Part shown: positions 56,599 through 64,000 of the stretch, in pieces | Layout: the number at the start of each line of letters is the position of its first letter | Numbering within the stretch: position 1 is the first letter of the stretch | NCBI GenBank assembly: GCA_965223855.1 | Contig: CBDCXM010000009.1 | Span: 640,001-704,000 of the forward strand | Reading direction: 5' to 3' | DNA length: 64,000 nt | Source of the DNA: Candidatus Multivoradales bacterium | Lineage (GTDB): Bacteria; Acidobacteriota; Thermoanaerobaculia; Multivoradales; JAHEKO01 | Notes under the pieces: generated by a model | Databases searched by the model: none | Told to the model about the DNA's origin: nothing | What the model saw: only the letters and a program-made list of their open reading frames with translations | Program-made: the position numbers and the translations under genes

Positions 56599-58536
56599 AT
56601 GCTGCAAGTTTTCCGCGACAATCTGAAGTACCTCAGCTGGGTTCTGTGGGGTGTCATCCTGGTGTTCGTCCTGTTCTCGTTCACCGACTTCGGCACTCAG
56701 CAGTTCACACCCGGCGCTCCCGCCAACACCGCCGCTACCGTCGGCGACCTCGACGTCAGCTACCGCGAGTTCCAGGACGCCTACCAGCGGGCCGAGCGGC
56801 GCTACCGCGAAGACTTCGGCGATCAGTTCTCGACCGAGCTCGCCAACCAGCTCGGACTGCCGCTTCAGGTGCTCAACGGGCTCGTCGACCAGCGCATCCT
56901 CCAGCAGGAAGCGGACCGAATCGGCCTCGTCGTCACCGACCGGGAGCTGCAGAAGGCGATCCTCGAGATTCCGGTGTTTCAGGAGGACGGCGTGTTCGTG
57001 GGCCAGGATGCCTACCGCAACATCCTCGCCAGCAACCGGATGCGGCCCGAGGAGTTCGAGGGCATGCTGCGGCGCGATCTCGTGACCGACAAGGTGCGCG
57101 CGGCCCTGACCGGGAGCGTCTACGTCTCGCCGGAGGAGGTCGAGGAGGCCTTCCGGGAGGAGGCGGAGACCGCGACGATCCGCTTCGTGCGGCTGCCCTC
57201 GAGCCGGTTCGCCGCCGAGGTGGAGGTCGACGACAGCGCTCTCGCCGACTATTTCTCCGCCTCCGGCGACGCCTACCGGCTGCCGGAGCGCCGCGTCGTC
57301 GACTACCTGATGGTGTCGCCGACGGGCCTCGCCGACCAGGTGACGGTGAGCGACGAAGAAGTGAGGACGTACTACGAGGACAACCTGGCGCTCTTCGAAC
57401 GTGAAGAGCAGGTCCGGGCGCGGCACATCCTGGTGCGAACCGGCGCCGACCGCACGGTGGAGCAGGCGAAGGAGCAGGCGGCAACGATCCGCGGCCGCAT
57501 CGAAGCTGGGGAGGATTTCGCGGCGCTGGCGGCTGAGCTGTCCGACGACCCCGGAAGCAAGGACAAGGGAGGGGACCTCGGCTTTTTCGGCCGCGGCGCC
57601 ATGGTCAAGCCGTTCGAGGACGCCGCCTTCGCCGCCGAGCTCGGCGATCTCGTCGGGCCGGTCGAGTCGACCCACGGCGTCCACCTGATCCAGGTGCAGG
57701 CGAAACGTCCCGGCGGCGCGCAGCCTCTGGACGAGGTCGAGACGGGGATCCGAGCCCGCCTCGTCGACGAGCGATCCCGCGAACTGGCCGCAAGCTCCGC
57801 TCGTGAGCTCGCCGCCGCCATCGGTTCCGAGATCGGCGACACTGCGGCGCTCGAGGCGCTGGCCGCCGATCGACCGGGCACCACCCTGGTCTCGACGCCG
57901 CCCTTCTCCCGCGACGACAACGTGCAGGGGATCGGTCGCGCGACCGATTTCTCCTCGCGCGCGTTCGAGCAGCCGATCGGCGAGCTGTCCGAGCCGATCG
58001 AGGTAGCCCGCGGTTGGGCGCTGGCGGTGGTGCGCAAGATTCAGCCGCCACGGATGCCGGAGCTCGACGAGGTCCGCCAGCGGGTGACGACCGACTACCG
58101 GCGCGAGCGTCAGCTCGAGATCGCCCGCGAACGACTCGCCGCGGCGCTGGCAGCCGAAGGCTCCGACCTCGACTCGGTCGCCGCGACCTTCGAGGTGACG
58201 CCCGAGGAAGCCGGCCCGTTCGGCGCCGAAGGGACGGTCGGCCCGCTCGGCCGGGCGGCCGAGGTCGCCCGCAGAGCGCTCCAGCTCGAGACGGGCGACC
58301 TGAGCGAGGCGATCGTGCGTGACAACGAGGTCGTCGCCTTCGAGGTGACGGAGCGGACCCACTTCGATCCGGTGGCCTTCGAGCGCGACAAGGACACGTT
58401 GCGCACCCGGCTCGAGAACCAGCGGGCCGGTGAGGTGCTTCAGAGCTTCCTCAACCGCCGGCGCGAGGAACTCGACGTCACCTTCGATCCGCAGGTGCTG
58501 GCCGCTTTCGGCCCCGACTCCGGCAGCGCCTCGTGA
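56599..58536 (+). CDS. ppiD: PpiD/SurA-like parvulin peptidyl-prolyl isomerase
   Basis: N-terminal TM and SurA_N region, then VRARHILV, SDDPGSKDKGGDLG, MVKPFEDAAF and GVHLI. Confidence 0.88.
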   Translation: MLQVFRDNLKYLSWVLWGVILVFVLFSFTDFGTQQFTPGAPANTAATVGDLDVSYREFQDAYQRAERRYREDFGDQFSTELANQLGLPLQVLNGLVDQRILQQEADRIGLVVTDRELQKAILEIPVFQEDGVFVGQDAYRNILASNRMRPEEFEGMLRRDLVTDKVRAALTGSVYVSPEEVEEAFREEAETATIRFVRLPSSRFAAEVEVDDSALADYFSASGDAYRLPERRVVDYLMVSPTGLADQVTVSDEEVRTYYEDNLALFEREEQVRARHILVRTGADRTVEQAKEQAATIRGRIEAGEDFAALAAELSDDPGSKDKGGDLGFFGRGAMVKPFEDAAFAAELGDLVGPVESTHGVHLIQVQAKRPGGAQPLDEVETGIRARLVDERSRELAASSARELAAAIGSEIGDTAALEALAADRPGTTLVSTPPFSRDDNVQGIGRATDFSSRAFEQPIGELSEPIEVARGWALAVVRKIQPPRMPELDEVRQRVTTDYRRERQLEIARERLAAALAAEGSDLDSVAATFEVTPEEAGPFGAEGTVGPLGRAAEVARRALQLETGDLSEAIVRDNEVVAFEVTERTHFDPVAFERDKDTLRTRLENQRAGEVLQSFLNRRREELDVTFDPQVLAAFGPDSGSAS

Positions 58537-58543
58537 TCGCGCG

Positions 58544-59803
58544 GTGAGCGGCGACCCCCCGATCTCGAAGCCCCAGACCTCGAAGGCGGAGACGCCAGGC
58601 CCGGGGACCCGAGGAGCGGGGACCCCAGAATCGGGGTCTTCGAGCCCGGCGACACGCGCGGTGCATGCCGGAGAGCGGCAGCGACCGCGGCACGAGCCGG
58701 CCGCGGTACCGATCTACCAGACCGCTCCGTTCGCCTTCGACTCCTCCGCGGCGCTCGACGCCGGGTTTCACCAGCCGGACCAGCAGGCGCTCTACACCCG
58801 CTACGGCAACCCGAGCCTGCGCGTCGTCGAGGAGAAGCTGGCGGCACTCGAAGGGGCCGAAGACGCGATCGCCTTCGCCTCCGGCATGGCGGCGATCACC
58901 GCGACGCTGTCGACCGTTCTGCACTCGGGTGACCGCCTGCTGGCCGCCGCCGACCTCTATGGCGGCACCTCCGGCTGGCTCGAGTGGCTGGTCGAGCGCC
59001 ATCCCGACGTCGGCATCGACCGGGTGCCGCTCGATGAGCTCGTCGAGCGCCTCGAGGCCGGTCCGGCTGCCGGAACGAAACTCGTCTACCTCGAGACCCC
59101 GACCAACCCGCTGCTTCGCACCTGCGATCTGAAGCAGGTGGGCGAACTGTGCCGTCGCCACGCTCTGCCGTGGATGATCGACAACACGTTCGCCACGCCG
59201 ATCCTGCAGCGACCGATCGAACACGGCGCGTCCTACGTCGTCCACAGCGCCACCAAGTACCTCGCCGGCCACAGCGATCTGGTCGCCGGTCTCGTCGCGG
59301 GCAGCCACGACGACCTCGAGCCGGTGCGGCGGACGCTGCGACTGTCGGGCGGCTGTCTCGACCCGCACGCGGCGTTCCTGCTCGCCCGGGGCATGCGCAC
59401 CCTGGCGCTCAGAGTCGAGCGCCAGTCTTCGACCGCCGCGCACCTGGCAGCGACGCTCGCCGCGCACCCCGGGGTCGACGCGGTCTACTACCCCGGAGAC
59501 GACCCTGTCGCCCGGCACCAGATGAGCGCCGGCGGCGCCATGCTGTCGTTCGAGGTCGCCGGCGGGCTCGAAACGGCCTCCAAACTGCTCGACGCCCTCC
59601 GGCTCTTTCGCCTGATGGCGAGCCTCGGCGGCGTCGAATCGAGCGCCGTGCTGCCGGCGGTCACCTCCCACAAGGGGCTGACCGCCGAGGCGCGCGCGGC
59701 GCTCGGCATCCGCGACGGCCTGGTTCGACTGTCGGTCGGCATCGAGTCGCCGGAAGATCTCGAAGCCGATCTCCTCCAGGCTCTCGAACGGAGCGCCGCG
59801 TGA
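58544..59803 (+). CDS. Cys/Met metabolism PLP-dependent enzyme (cystathionine gamma-synthase/lyase family)
   Basis: YTRYGNP, FASGMAAI, ETPTNP, DNTFATP, HSATKYLAGHSD and SLGGVES motifs. Start uncertain. Confidence 0.92.
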   Translation: MSGDPPISKPQTSKAETPGPGTRGAGTPESGSSSPATRAVHAGERQRPRHEPAAVPIYQTAPFAFDSSAALDAGFHQPDQQALYTRYGNPSLRVVEEKLAALEGAEDAIAFASGMAAITATLSTVLHSGDRLLAAADLYGGTSGWLEWLVERHPDVGIDRVPLDELVERLEAGPAAGTKLVYLETPTNPLLRTCDLKQVGELCRRHALPWMIDNTFATPILQRPIEHGASYVVHSATKYLAGHSDLVAGLVAGSHDDLEPVRRTLRLSGGCLDPHAAFLLARGMRTLALRVERQSSTAAHLAATLAAHPGVDAVYYPGDDPVARHQMSAGGAMLSFEVAGGLETASKLLDALRLFRLMASLGGVESSAVLPAVTSHKGLTAEARAALGIRDGLVRLSVGIESPEDLEADLLQALERSAA

Positions 59804-60393
59804 TCGGCTTCCTCCGAGGGCGGCTCCACAGCTCGTCGCCCGACGGCCTGATCCTCGACGTCGGGGGCGTCGGCTACCGGGTGCAGGTGCCGATGTCGAC
59901 CTACTACGAGATCGAGCGAGCGGGCAGCGAAGAGGTGGCCCTCCACATCCACACCCACGTGCGCGAGGACGCGATCGAGCTCTACGGCTTCTGGACCGAG
60001 CGCGAACAGCAGCTCTTCGAGAAGGCGATCTCGGTCTCTGGCATCGGCCCCAAGCTGGCGCGGGTGATCCTCTCCGGGATGGCGCCGGCGGACCTGGTGG
60101 CGGCGATCTCCGCCGGCGACATCGCCCGCCTCTCGACCATCCCCGGCATCGGCAAGAAGACCGCCGAGCGGATGGTGCTCGAACTCAAGGACAAGGTGAA
60201 GGCCCTCGCCGCCGAGCTCCCGGAGCCGGTCGCCGAAGCCGGCGGTGACGACGACCTCGTCGGAGCCCTCGTCCACCTCGGCTACAAGGAGAACCAGGCC
60301 CGTCGCGCCGCCGTCGAGACCCGCGAGGCGCACTCCGACGCGGCCTTCCATGACCTGCTGCGGTTGACCCTCAAGAGGCTGTCGAAGGTCTGA
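59800..60393 (+). CDS. ruvA: Holliday junction branch migration protein RuvA
   Basis: DVGGVGY, HVREDAIELYGF, SGIGPKLA and PGIGKKTAER..LELKDK. Confidence 0.96.
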   Translation: MIGFLRGRLHSSSPDGLILDVGGVGYRVQVPMSTYYEIERAGSEEVALHIHTHVREDAIELYGFWTEREQQLFEKAISVSGIGPKLARVILSGMAPADLVAAISAGDIARLSTIPGIGKKTAERMVLELKDKVKALAAELPEPVAEAGGDDDLVGALVHLGYKENQARRAAVETREAHSDAAFHDLLRLTLKRLSKV

Positions 60394-60441
60394 GACCGCC
60401 GCGGCGGCCTCGTCGTCAACCGCCGGTCGGACACCCGGTCG

Positions 60442-61854
60442 ATGAGAGTCCCCGCACACCTGCTGGCCGCGATCGTCGCGCTGACGTCCGCCTGCGCTCC
60501 ACCCGAGGAGCCGGGACCGTCCGGACAGCGCGGGCAGCCCGGGCGGCCCGAGCCGCCCGGCGACATCGTCCTCATCGGCGTCGACACACTGCGCTTCGAC
60601 CATGTGAGCGCCAACGACCCGGCGAGCCCCGCCACCACGCCGGCGATCGACTCGCTGGCGCGCGACGGCGTGCGCTTCGAGCGGGCGTGGAGCCCGATCT
60701 CCGTGACCGGGCCGGCGTTCGCCAGCCTGCTGACGGGAAGGACCATCGCCGAACACGGCGTGGCCACGAACCTCTTCCGCGGCGGCGCCCCACTCGCGGA
60801 CGAGCAGCTGACCCTCGCGGAAGTGCTGTCGGACGTCGGATATCGCACCGGCGCCTTCGTCTCCGGCTTCACGCTGCGCAGGGAGGTCGGCCTCGACCAG
60901 GGCTTCGCGGTCTACGAGTCGCCCGAGTCGGTCGAGCGCTGGTGGGGAGAGCACACGCTGGGACTCACCCTTCGGTGGCTCGACCGCAACCCCACGCCGG
61001 TCTTCCTCTGGTTCCACTCCTTCGACCCCCACGGCCCGCTCGACCGCTGGCCGGGCCCGGAGGCGCCGGCTGCGGGCTGGACCGTTCGTGAGGACTCTCC
61101 GATCTCCCCCCACCAGCAGATCGACGGCATCGCCGACCCGAGCTTCTACCGCTTCAAGTACGCCCGCGCCGTCGAGGGTGCCGATGCGAACCTCGGCACC
61201 CTGCTCGCCTACCTGAAGCGCACCGGGCGCTACGACAGCGCGCTGATCGCACTGGTGGCGGATCACGGAGAGGGGCTCGACGAGAGGGAGATCTGGTTCG
61301 AACACGGTTCGAACGCCTACGCCGAGCAGCTCCATGTCCCGCTGATCGTCAAGCTGCCGCACAACCGCGAGGCCGGCAGCACGAGACGGGTCGACGTTTC
61401 GACCGTCGGTCTGGCGCGGACGCTGCTCGAAGAATCGGGAATCACACCGCCCGACTCGTTCGGCAACCGCAACCTGCTCCGGACCGCCGGGTCGATCCAG
61501 CTGGGGGAGTCGAGCCACTGCAAGCCGTCGCTGGCGATCGACTGCTTCCCTGGAGGCGCGGCCGGCAAGATCTTCGTCGTGCGAGATGCCGACACGACCC
61601 TGCTGAGAAAGTCCCTGCGCTCCGGATCCCGGCTCGAGATCTACGATCGACGCAACGACCCCCGCGAGCTCTCGGCGACGAGAGTCCTCGAGGGCCCGGC
61701 CGATGGCGTTGCGCAAGTCGACGGATCGGTCCTCGAGAACGTGCTTCGCGGTGTCGTTCGCGAGCGGCTGGCCGAACAGGGGGATCAGCCTCCGGCAGCC
61801 GAGACCGACGAGGCGACCCTCGAGCTCCTCCGATCCCTCGGTTACGTGAACTAG
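60442..61854 (+). CDS. Sulfatase-like hydrolase lipoprotein
   Basis: [32 protein letters not shown] and LRSLGYV motifs. Confidence 0.88.
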   Translation: MRVPAHLLAAIVALTSACAPPEEPGPSGQRGQPGRPEPPGDIVLIGVDTLRFDHVSANDPASPATTPAIDSLARDGVRFERAWSPISVTGPAFASLLTGRTIAEHGVATNLFRGGAPLADEQLTLAEVLSDVGYRTGAFVSGFTLRREVGLDQGFAVYESPESVERWWGEHTLGLTLRWLDRNPTPVFLWFHSFDPHGPLDRWPGPEAPAAGWTVREDSPISPHQQIDGIADPSFYRFKYARAVEGADANLGTLLAYLKRTGRYDSALIALVADHGEGLDEREIWFEHGSNAYAEQLHVPLIVKLPHNREAGSTRRVDVSTVGLARTLLEESGITPPDSFGNRNLLRTAGSIQLGESSHCKPSLAIDCFPGGAAGKIFVVRDADTTLLRKSLRSGSRLEIYDRRNDPRELSATRVLEGPADGVAQVDGSVLENVLRGVVRERLAEQGDQPPAAETDEATLELLRSLGYVN

Positions 61855-61915
61855 GTCCCCGGGCACCCCCACACCGCGGGATCCCTGTCGCCGCGACGGC
61901 CGCTACAATGCCGCG

Positions 61916-62941
61916 GTGACGATCGAACGCCAGCTGCTCTCGGGGGCGGCGCACGACGAGGAGCTCGGATTCGAGGCTTCGCTGCGACCGAAGACGCTCG
62001 ACGAGTACATCGGCCAGGACAAGGTCGTCGAGAAAATGCGGCTTTTCATCCAGGCCGCTCGCGAGCGCGGCGAAGCGCTCGACCATGTCCTGCTGTTCGG
62101 CCCTCCCGGGCTCGGCAAGACGACGCTCGCCCACATCATCGCCAACGAGATGGAGGCGCCGTTGGGAGCCACTTCGGGGCCGGTGCTCGAGCGGCCGGGA
62201 GATCTGGCGGCGATTCTCACCAACATGGAGCCCGCGCAGGTTCAGTTCATCGACGAGATCCATCGTCTCGGCCCCACCGTCGAGGAGATCCTCTACCCGG
62301 CGCTCGAGGACTTCCATCTCGACATCGTGCTCGGCCAGGGACCGGCGGCGAGGACGATGAAGATCGACCTGCCTCGCTTCACCCTCGTCGGAGCGACGAC
62401 CCGAGCTGGCCTGATCACGGCCCCTCTCAGGGCGCGCTTCGGCATCGTCCACCGGCTCGACTTCTACCAGCCCGAGGCTCTGGCACAGATCGTCCATCGC
62501 TCCGCCAGGCTCCTCGGCGTCGCCGTCGACGAGGCGGGGGCGCTCGAGATCGCCCGTCGCAGCCGCGGCACGCCGCGCGTCGCCAACCGGTTGTTGCGGC
62601 GGGTGCGCGACTACGCCCAGGTGCACACCGACGACCGGATCGACCACGATTCCGCCCGCAAGGCGCTCGAGCTGCTCGAAGTCGACGAGTACGGCTTCGA
62701 CGAGGTCGATCGCAAGATTCTCGGCACACTGATCGAGCACTACCAGGGTGGGCCCGCCGGCATCCAGGCGCTGGCGGCGGCGGTCGGCGAGGATCGCGGC
62801 ACGCTCGAGGACCTCTACGAGCCCTACCTGATCCAGGAAGGCTTCCTGCAGCGCACCCCGCGCGGCCGGGTGGCGACTCATCGCGCCTACGAGCACCTCG
62901 GCGTGCAGCCGCCTCCGGGCACCTCCGGTCGCCTCTTCTAG
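61916..62941 (+). CDS. ruvB: Holliday junction DNA helicase RuvB
   Basis: [35 protein letters not shown] and RTPRGR. Confidence 0.97.
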   Translation: MTIERQLLSGAAHDEELGFEASLRPKTLDEYIGQDKVVEKMRLFIQAARERGEALDHVLLFGPPGLGKTTLAHIIANEMEAPLGATSGPVLERPGDLAAILTNMEPAQVQFIDEIHRLGPTVEEILYPALEDFHLDIVLGQGPAARTMKIDLPRFTLVGATTRAGLITAPLRARFGIVHRLDFYQPEALAQIVHRSARLLGVAVDEAGALEIARRSRGTPRVANRLLRRVRDYAQVHTDDRIDHDSARKALELLEVDEYGFDEVDRKILGTLIEHYQGGPAGIQALAAAVGEDRGTLEDLYEPYLIQEGFLQRTPRGRVATHRAYEHLGVQPPPGTSGRLF

Positions 62942-62950
62942 CCCGTCCCC

Positions 62951-63841
62951 GTGGAACCGGCCGTCCTGATTCACAATCCGCGCGCCGGCCGTATCGGTCG
63001 CCGCCGTCTGGTGGAGCGCCTCGTCGAAGTGCTCGAGGTCGACGGCCCGACGGTCGAGCCGGTCGCCACCCGCGGCCCCGGTGACGCCACCCGCCTCGCT
63101 CGCGAGGCCGCCGCGCGGGGGGCACCGATGGTGGTCTCGCTGGGGGGCGACGGCACCCTGCGAGAAGCGGCAGCAGGCCTCCTGGGGAGCGACTGCGCGC
63201 TGGCGCCGTTGCCCGGAGGCACCACCAACGTCGTCACCACCGCCCTCGGCCTGCCGGCCGACCCGCTGGCCGCAGCGGCCATGCTCAAGACGCTGCCGCT
63301 GCTGGAGCTCGACGTCGGGCTGTGCGGCGAGGAGGTCTTCCTCATGCAGGCGTCGATGGGGATCGACGCCCTCGCGCTCGATGGCGTCTCGGCGCCGCTC
63401 AAGCGTGTCCTCGGCAAGGTGGCGGTCGGACTCGCCGGGCTCGCCGCGTGGTGGCGCCACGACTATGCGGAGTTCGAGCTGCTCGTCGACGGCCATCCGG
63501 TGCATGCCACTTTCGCGGCGGTGTGCAACCTCCCCTACTACGCCGGGCGCCTCGCCCTGGTGCCCGAGGCACGCACCGACGACGGTCGTCTCGATGTCCT
63601 GCTCTTCCGCGGCCGCGGCCGTCGCGCCACCCTCTCCTTCGCCCGCGACCTCGTCGCCGGCCGCCACCTCGAGCGCGACGACGTCTCCGTGCTGCCGGCC
63701 GAAGAGGTGGTGCTGACCGACATCGACACACCGCTCCAGATCGACGGCGATCCGCGACCGTGGCGGCTCGGGCTCGAGATCCGTCTGGCACCGGAGCGCC
63801 TCCGGATCCTCGGACGGTCGACTATCATCACCGGACGATGA
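62951..63841 (+). CDS. Diacylglycerol/lipid kinase family (YegS/BmrU-like)
   Basis: NPRAG, GGDGT, PGGTTN, DDGRLDV and QIDGD motifs. Confidence 0.9.
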   Translation: MEPAVLIHNPRAGRIGRRRLVERLVEVLEVDGPTVEPVATRGPGDATRLAREAAARGAPMVVSLGGDGTLREAAAGLLGSDCALAPLPGGTTNVVTTALGLPADPLAAAAMLKTLPLLELDVGLCGEEVFLMQASMGIDALALDGVSAPLKRVLGKVAVGLAGLAAWWRHDYAEFELLVDGHPVHATFAAVCNLPYYAGRLALVPEARTDDGRLDVLLFRGRGRRATLSFARDLVAGRHLERDDVSVLPAEEVVLTDIDTPLQIDGDPRPWRLGLEIRLAPERLRILGRSTIITGR

Positions 63842-64000
63842 ACACGCCGCAGCGCACCCTCATCGAGTCGTTCCTCGGCAAGCTCCGCTTCCCGCAGCTG
63901 TTCCTGCTGGCCGGTGCCCTTTTCGTGGTCGACCTGATCTTCCCCGACATGATCCCGCTGATCGACGAGATCCTGCTCGCGATCGGCACCCTGATCCTCG
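63838..64000 (+). CDS. Small membrane protein (DUF6116-like), truncated by the window end
   Basis: Translated by eye from ATG 63838: MNTPQRTLIESFLGKLRFPQLFLLAGALFVVDLIFPDMIPLIDEILL. Confidence 0.65.
   Translation, partial: MNTPQRTLIESFLGKLRFPQLFLLAGALFVVDLIFPDMIPLIDEILLAIGTLIL

Overview
High-GC bacterial chromosomal segment. Its gene content (GWxTD protein, Ser/Thr kinase-TolB-TPR protein, M14 peptidase, DUF4252 pair, BamE-like lipoprotein) suggests a diderm, most likely Acidobacteriota (inference). About 57 genes are densely packed. The left half is envelope, signalling and accessory: a TonB-dependent receptor locus, two ECF sigma/anti-sigma cassettes, FetAB-like and YvfRS-like ABC systems with a DesKR-like two-component system, an ArnT/GT2 pair, a heptaheme cytochrome-TPR lipoprotein, and FIST plus PAS-GGDEF-EAL. 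The right half is mostly housekeeping: rpsU, slt, tRNA(CAT), yggS, hutI, rng-rodA-mrdA-mreDCB, ppiD and ruvA/ruvB. No transposase, integrase, rRNA or CRISPR array is visible. The strongest candidate for a new system is at 2..3547. There, a 4-TM membrane leader ending in a RAPP ribosome-arrest-type motif is followed by a structured C-rich spacer and then one stop-free ORF joining a 7-TM inner-membrane protein to a TonB-dependent receptor that keeps its own RBS and signal peptide. Other oddities are an AbiEii-like gene with a degenerate catalytic motif coupled into a yggS-hutI operon, a Kdo/WaaP-type kinase fused to a glycoside-hydrolase-like barrel at the end of the mre operon, and recurring 12-15 bp tandem duplications, mostly near gene ends. 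All family assignments are from motif recognition by eye; no database search was run.
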